A stretch of 64,000 nt of DNA, from contig CBDCXR010000004.1 of NCBI GenBank assembly GCA_965223845.1, positions 3,168,001 to 3,232,000 of the forward strand, in the 5' to 3' direction. The notes beneath the pieces are model-generated. The model made no database searches. It worked only from the letters and a program-made list of their open reading frames with translations, and was not told where the DNA came from. The position numbers and the translations under genes were made by a program. Shown in pieces: positions 58,606-64,000 of this stretch; the first letter of the stretch is position 1; every line of letters starts with the position of its first letter. The stretch comes from Planctomycetota bacterium (GTDB lineage: Bacteria > Planctomycetota > UBA8108 > SXIK01).

Positions 58606-59880
58606 TCAGAACAGCTCCGCGATCGGCTGCGCGTGCGCATCGACGAGCGGCACGGGACGATTTCCCGGCGCCATGTACTCCTTCGCGTAGTCGATCCCCA
58701 TCGCGTGGCAGATCGTCGCGAAGAACTCGGGCGTCCCCACCGGTCGATCGACGACCGTACCCCCGGGACGCCTCCCGTTTTCATCGGTCTTCCCGATCAC
58801 TTGGCCGGTCTTGAGTCCGCCCCCGGCGAGAAGCGTCGTCCACGCGCGCGGGTAGTGATCTTTACCGTCGACGGGACCGCGGCCGAACTCGCCCATCCAG
58901 ACGACGAGCGTCTCGTCGAGCATGCCGCGCTGCTTGAGGTCGGTGATCAACATCGCCATCGCCGGGTCCATCCACTCGCAGCGCGTCCGGATACGCTTTG
59001 CTGCGCCCTCGTGATCGTCCCAGCCGCGGTGGAAAATCTCGACGAAGGAGACGCCGGTCTCGATGAGACGCCGCGCCATGAGGCATGCCTTCCCGAATTT
59101 GTGCTCGCCGTAGGCAGCACGGATGTTCGCGGGCTCCTCGTCGAGCTCGAACGCCCTCGCCTGCGGGGATCGCATGAGCGAAACCGCGCGATCGAATGCC
59201 GCCTGCTTCGCGGCAACGAGGGGATCCGTGCGGCCGACAGTGAATCGGCGCTCGCTCTTTCGCAGGAGCGCGAGACGGCGATCGAGCTCGGACTCGGGAA
59301 CGGAGTTCGCGAGGTTCTCGAGGCCCTTCGCCGGATCGCGCACCGCAAGCGGTGCGTGCTGGACGCCGAGGTACGCAGGTACGGAGCGATAGAGACGTCC
59401 GCCGTTCCCCTTGTCGAATCCCGCGTCGATCGTGACAAACGACGGGAGCGGCGCGCGCGGGTTTCCGATCTCGTGCGAAGCGATACTCCCGATCGACGGG
59501 TGCTCGAAGCCGCCGAGACGCGCGTAGCCGGTATGGAGGAGATACTTCGCGCGGTAGTGGCCACCTTCGCCCGTGCTCATTCCGCGAAGGAGAGCGACAT
59601 CGCTCATCACCTTAGCCATCTTCGGCAGGCAGTCGGTCACGTGGACGCCCGGAAGCGTCGTCGGAATCGTCGCGTACTCGCCGCCCGGCTTCGGATCGAA
59701 GGTGTGAGCCTGGCTCGGTCCACCGTCCATCCAAAGAAGAATGCACGCTTTCGCCCCACCTCGTCTCGGCGGTGCGCTCGCCGCGAGGGTCTCGAACCAC
59801 GGCACGGTGACGCCGGAAAGCAGTCCGGCCGCCGACAGCTTCATCCAGTCGCGACGGCTGATGTCTCTCGGAGGATTCAC
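58606..59880 (-). CDS. DUF1501-type Tat-exported protein
   Basis: SRRDWMK, LLWMDGGPSQAHTFDPKP, ARRLIETGV, WDDH, GEFGR, DHYP. GTG start after AGGAG. Confidence 0.88.
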   Translation of the reverse strand: MNPPRDISRRDWMKLSAAGLLSGVTVPWFETLAASAPPRRGGAKACILLWMDGGPSQAHTFDPKPGGEYATIPTTLPGVHVTDCLPKMAKVMSDVALLRGMSTGEGGHYRAKYLLHTGYARLGGFEHPSIGSIASHEIGNPRAPLPSFVTIDAGFDKGNGGRLYRSVPAYLGVQHAPLAVRDPAKGLENLANSVPESELDRRLALLRKSERRFTVGRTDPLVAAKQAAFDRAVSLMRSPQARAFELDEEPANIRAAYGEHKFGKACLMARRLIETGVSFVEIFHRGWDDHEGAAKRIRTRCEWMDPAMAMLITDLKQRGMLDETLVVWMGEFGRGPVDGKDHYPRAWTTLLAGGGLKTGQVIGKTDENGRRPGGTVVDRPVGTPEFFATICHAMGIDYAKEYMAPGNRPVPLVDAHAQPIAELF

Positions 59881-59926
59881 GAGGTTCTCTCCTGATCGAT
59901 CGTCTTCGTAGTTCACAGGTGGATCG

Positions 59927-61603
59927 CTACCGAACGAGGATGAACTCGCTCCGGTTGAGGAGCATCCAGAGCACACCGGCATACGCCTCGGTGCGGTCTT
60001 CAGACGCTTCCACGTAGCGAACGGCTTCGGCGATCTCTTCCTCGCGCGGCCACCGGGAAAGCGTGCCCAAGTAGAGCTGCTCAACCGCGGCGACCGGGGC
60101 GACGTTTTCCTTCACGAGCTTCTCGACAACCTTTCCCCCGGTGCTCACGTGCGGGTGATTGACGAGCGCGAGAAACTGCGGGATGCCGTGGGTGAACGTG
60201 CTCGCGTCGTTCTCGTCCGTCTCGAAGAGACGGCAAAACTCCATGTACGGATCGCCGACGGGCGAGCTCTCGCCGAACTTCTTCGCTTTCTCGGCATCGT
60301 AGGTTCGGAGATCCAGTCCGGGATCGGCGAGCGCCGCTCGGAGAGCGTCGTAGAGCTGATCGGCCGAGAGAAGCTTCGTTCGCCGGCGCCCGAAATTATC
60401 GACCGCCGCCTCCTCGGCCTCCGTGAGCGCAGCACTCGTTCGCTGGTAGGCCTTCGTGTTCGTGAGACATCGAACGAGGTACTTCACGTCGAATCCCGAC
60501 GCGACGAATTCGCGCGTCAAGAGATCGATCACCTCGGGATGGGACGGTTTGTTTTCGGGCCGCATGTCGTCGATCGGCTCGACGAGACCCCGCCCGAAGA
60601 AGTACGACCACGTGCGGTTGACGAACGCCCGCGCGAAGAAGGGATTCGACGGCGACGTCAGCCAATCGGAAAAGAGCGGACGGAGCGGCTGCGTCGCCTG
60701 GACCTCCATCTCGCTCGCGCTCGCGTCGAAAAGGAAGCGAGCCGGTACGACGTCGCCCGCGTTTTCGAACGAGCTCTTCGGAATCGTGATCGAGCCGTTC
60801 GGCGATGCGTCGCCGCGATTCGTTTTCTTCGCCCCCTTCTCGAGCTTCTTGCCGAACGACTCCTTGATGCTCGCGAAGTACCGGCCGTCGAACTTCGCCT
60901 GCATGTTCCGAAAGTAGGCCGCGGTGCCCCAAAAGTCGGTCTGCTTCCACTCGCGGTAGGGATCGTCGTGACACTGCGCGCACTGAAGGTCGACGCCGAG
61001 GAAGAGCGTCGAGACCGCGCGCGTCGCGCCCGCCGGCTCGGGGATGCCCGTGTCCGTTCCGACCAGCGAAAAGAAGATCGCCTGCGGCTTCTCCTTCAGG
61101 TTTCCGTCGACGTTGACGATCGACTCGACGATCTGATTCCACGGTCGATTCGCGTTGAACTGCTGCGCGAACCAGCCGCCGAGATTTCGCGTTGCCGCGA
61201 TCGGCTGATTGCCGCCGTTCCCCTCGGACGGGAGCTCCGCCGGCGCGACCCAGTCGCGCCAGACGCGGCCGAGCTGCACGCCGAAGCGCTCGCTCGCAAG
61301 GAGACGATCGACGAGCTGCGCCCGCCGTTCGACAGATCCGCCCGCGAGGAAGCTCTTAGCCTCTTCGGCCGTCGGCAGCGTTCCCGCGATGTCGAGATGC
61401 ACACGCCGAAGAAACTCGACGTCTCCGGCGACGCGCGTCGGCAAGACGCCCTTCGATTCGAGCTGCGTCTCGATCGCGGCGTCGACGCGTCGAGCGACCT
61501 CCGCGGCCGGGAGCGGCTCGGTCGCCCGCAAGGATCCGAACGCGACGGCAACACTGAGCGCTGCGGCGCTCCAACTCGCGACCCGGTGAACTCGGTTCAG
61601 CAT
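59927..61603 (-). CDS. DUF1549/DUF1553 (PSD1/PSCyt2-type) protein
   Basis: FLRRVHLDIAGTLPT, CAQCHDDP, NPFFARAFVNRTW..GRGLVEPIDD, PSHPE, LLNRSEF. Confidence 0.9.
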   Translation of the reverse strand: MLNRVHRVASWSAAALSVAVAFGSLRATEPLPAAEVARRVDAAIETQLESKGVLPTRVAGDVEFLRRVHLDIAGTLPTAEEAKSFLAGGSVERRAQLVDRLLASERFGVQLGRVWRDWVAPAELPSEGNGGNQPIAATRNLGGWFAQQFNANRPWNQIVESIVNVDGNLKEKPQAIFFSLVGTDTGIPEPAGATRAVSTLFLGVDLQCAQCHDDPYREWKQTDFWGTAAYFRNMQAKFDGRYFASIKESFGKKLEKGAKKTNRGDASPNGSITIPKSSFENAGDVVPARFLFDASASEMEVQATQPLRPLFSDWLTSPSNPFFARAFVNRTWSYFFGRGLVEPIDDMRPENKPSHPEVIDLLTREFVASGFDVKYLVRCLTNTKAYQRTSAALTEAEEAAVDNFGRRRTKLLSADQLYDALRAALADPGLDLRTYDAEKAKKFGESSPVGDPYMEFCRLFETDENDASTFTHGIPQFLALVNHPHVSTGGKVVEKLVKENVAPVAAVEQLYLGTLSRWPREEEIAEAVRYVEASEDRTEAYAGVLWMLLNRSEFILVR

Positions 61604-61664
61604 GGTCCGTGACCCGTGTGTCTCCTGGTTTGGATTCCCATTCCTGAGTGCGTGCCGCGCGTGC

Positions 61665-63095
61665 TCAAACGAGCTCGCGAATCGGCGTCCGACCCGCATC
61701 GACGAGGTAATGCGGCCGGCCGTTCAGATCGCGGACGGTTGCGCTCGCGACGTCGATACCGAGGTTGCGGTAGAGCGTGGCGAAGATCTCCTGCACGTGC
61801 ACCGGCCGCTCGGTCGCCTGACCTCCGTGCGCGTCCGTCGTGCCGAGCACCTGGCCTGCACGCATTCCCCCGCCCGCGAGAATCGCCGGGGCGACGCGAC
61901 TCCAGTGATCGCGTCCTCCCTTTGCGTTGATCTTCGGCGTGCGGCCGAACTCGCCCCAGACGACGACCGAAACATCATCGAGAAGGCCGCGCTGGTCGAG
62001 ATCTTCGATGAGCGTCGCGAGGGCGTGGTCGAACTGCGGCAGGTCTTCGCGACCGAGCTTTTCGACCGGGCCGCCCCGGTTGCCGTGCCAGTCCCACGCG
62101 CCGAACGACACCGTGACACAGCGCGCACCCGCCTCGACGAGACGTCGCGCGAGGAGCAACCTCTGCGGATCCTTCGGCGCGCCGCCGAAGCTCGCCGTCG
62201 TCGGCTCGCTCGCACCGTAGCGTTCGCGGACGCGCGGATCTTCGCGTTCGAGATCCAGCGCCTCGGCGACGTGGCTCGACGTGAGGATCTCGAGCGCGCG
62301 TCGCCGAAATTGGTCGAGACTTTCGACCACGCCGCCGGCTGCGCGAGCGCGCTCGTCGACACCGCGGCGAAAACGATCGAGCGACGCGAGCAGCGTGCGA
62401 CGCTCGCTCAGTCGCTCGCCGGCGATTCCGTGGAGGACGAGATCGTCCTTCCCTTCACCCTCGAGGGCGAACGGCGTGTGGTGATACCCGAGGAATCCGG
62501 GCCACGAGCGCACCGGGCTCGCGTCGTGGAGGCCGGTGTTGTTGTAGGGGCCGTAGCCCATCTTCGGACCGGCGTCGATCGAGGGAGGCATCCCACCGCG
62601 GCCGCTTCCGAGGAGGCGCGAAACGACGGAGCCGAACGTGGGCCAACCACCGGCCGGCTCGCCGTCCTGCGGTCGACCGCCCGGACGTCCCGTGTGGCAC
62701 TGAAAGGACTCGTGACGATTCTCGAAGCCGACGACGGAGCGAATCGGGATGATCTTGTCGCTCAAACGAGCTAGGCGCGGGAGATGCTCGGAGAAGTGAA
62801 CGCCGGGCGTCCGCGTCGCCACCGTCCCGAACGGTCCGCGGATCTCACGCGGCGCGTCTGGCTTCGGGTCGATCGTCTCGTGCTGCGTCGGTCCACCCGG
62901 GAGGTAGACCATGATCACCGCCTTGTGGCGGGAGGACGATTTCGAAGCCGATTCGGCCCGAAGAAGCCTCGGCAGCGAGAGCCCGCCGAGAGCGGCGCCC
63001 CCGAACGACAGGCTGCCCACCGAGACGAACGCTCGGCGAGAGATTCCGTCGCAGAATCGAGTCGATCGATTCCCCGGACCGAGAAAGGTCAACAT
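61665..63095 (-). CDS. DUF1501-type protein
   Basis: CDGISRRAF, YLPGGPTQHETIDPKP, LARRLVEAG, WDWH, WGEFGRTPKIN, GRDHW. Confidence 0.9.
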   Translation of the reverse strand: MLTFLGPGNRSTRFCDGISRRAFVSVGSLSFGGAALGGLSLPRLLRAESASKSSSRHKAVIMVYLPGGPTQHETIDPKPDAPREIRGPFGTVATRTPGVHFSEHLPRLARLSDKIIPIRSVVGFENRHESFQCHTGRPGGRPQDGEPAGGWPTFGSVVSRLLGSGRGGMPPSIDAGPKMGYGPYNNTGLHDASPVRSWPGFLGYHHTPFALEGEGKDDLVLHGIAGERLSERRTLLASLDRFRRGVDERARAAGGVVESLDQFRRRALEILTSSHVAEALDLEREDPRVRERYGASEPTTASFGGAPKDPQRLLLARRLVEAGARCVTVSFGAWDWHGNRGGPVEKLGREDLPQFDHALATLIEDLDQRGLLDDVSVVVWGEFGRTPKINAKGGRDHWSRVAPAILAGGGMRAGQVLGTTDAHGGQATERPVHVQEIFATLYRNLGIDVASATVRDLNGRPHYLVDAGRTPIRELV

Positions 63096-63254
63096 CGGCG
63101 CGCCTCCGACGATCTCCGCCGCGGATCAAGCGCGGAGATGTGCGCTCAGTTTCGCCCGCCCGGGCGACGCACGTCAAGGCAAGATCGCTCCCGTAAGCCG
63201 CGTATCTGCCGTAGAATGCGTTCTTCAGCCCCCACGACTCGGAAGGGACTCACC

Positions 63255-64000
63255 ATGCCTCGAGCTACCACGCGGCGTCAGTTTCTCGCGCGGTCGACAG
63301 CCGCGCTCTCGGCCCCCCTCTTCGTTCCTGCCTCAGTTCTCGGTCGCGTTCCCGGTCAGCCTGCTCCGAGCGAACGGATCACGATGGGCTGCATCGGCGT
63401 CGGCGGCCGCGGCTCGAGCAATCTCGGCATCTTCAAGTCGAAGAAGGAGGCGCAGATCGTCGCCGCATGCGATGTCGACGCGGGTCATCTCGCCAGAGCG
63501 CTTCGAAGCGCCGGTCTCGACGCGAAGTCCGGATACCGCGACTTCCGTGAAGTCCTCGCGCGCGAAGACGTCGATAGCGTGATGGTCGGAACCCCCGATC
63601 ACTGGCACGCGCTCATCGCGAGCGCGGCGGTGAAGGCCGGGAAAGACGTCTACTGCGAGAAGCCGCTCGCGGCGTCGATCGCCGAAGGGCAATCCCTCGT
63701 CCGCACCGTGAAGGAGAGCGACCGCATCCTTCAGTGCGGAACTCAGCGGCGATCGATGGCCGGGTGCCGGATCGCGTGCGAGCTCGTGCGCAATGGCCGG
63801 ATCGGAAAGGTGACGCGAGTCGAGGTTGGCGTTCCCGGCACCTTCGCGATCCGCGGCGGGTTCACGGGCGAAGAATCGCCGGAAGAGATCCCCTCAGGTT
63901 TCGACTACGAGCGCTGGCTCGGCCCCTGCTCCGACGCGCCTTACACGCGGGCGCGCTGCCACTTCAACTTTCGCTGGGTCGCGGAGTACGCGCCCGGCTA
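63255..64000 (+). CDS. Tat-exported Gfo/Idh/MocA oxidoreductase (3' truncated by window end)
   Basis: Read directly from the DNA: MPRATTRRQFL...IGVGGRG...ACDVD...TPDHWH...DVYCEKP...GTQRRS...WLGP. Absent from the ORF track because it has no stop in the window. Confidence 0.9.
   Translation, partial: MPRATTRRQFLARSTAALSAPLFVPASVLGRVPGQPAPSERITMGCIGVGGRGSSNLGIFKSKKEAQIVAACDVDAGHLARALRSAGLDAKSGYRDFREVLAREDVDSVMVGTPDHWHALIASAAVKAGKDVYCEKPLAASIAEGQSLVRTVKESDRILQCGTQRRSMAGCRIACELVRNGRIGKVTRVEVGVPGTFAIRGGFTGEESPEEIPSGFDYERWLGPCSDAPYTRARCHFNFRWVAEYAPG

Overview
High-GC chromosomal segment, most likely from a Planctomycetota bacterium. This assignment is inferred from DUF1501/DUF1549-1553/DUF1552/DUF1592-type proteins, Planctomycete cytochrome c domains, five Cys-type sulfatases, an ECF-Ser/Thr kinase pair, an ECF with a long membrane-anchored extension and a dockerin-like C-terminal repeat. 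About 40 credible CDSs; no rRNA, tRNA, CRISPR array or transposase was seen. The most notable elements are: (1) an egtD-egtB ergothioneine operon translationally coupled to a betaine-family (EgtUV-like) ABC importer and preceded by a class I/II PLP enzyme that may supply the missing C-S lyase step; (2) a fused E1 alpha/beta TPP dehydrogenase with a lipoyl+E3-binding carrier that has no acyltransferase domain, divergent from an Nramp-fold transporter and an SDR with FxxxK instead of YxxxK; (3) an ECF sigma / Hanks kinase / secreted EF-hand CotH kinase / HEAT protein operon; (4) an ECF fusion with an internal Shine-Dalgarno and signal-peptide-like restart; (5) two families of dispersed intergenic repeats, one forming a perfect 46-bp inverted repeat, and a sharp synonymous C-to-T shift next to one copy. 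All product calls come from motif recognition by eye, with no database search.
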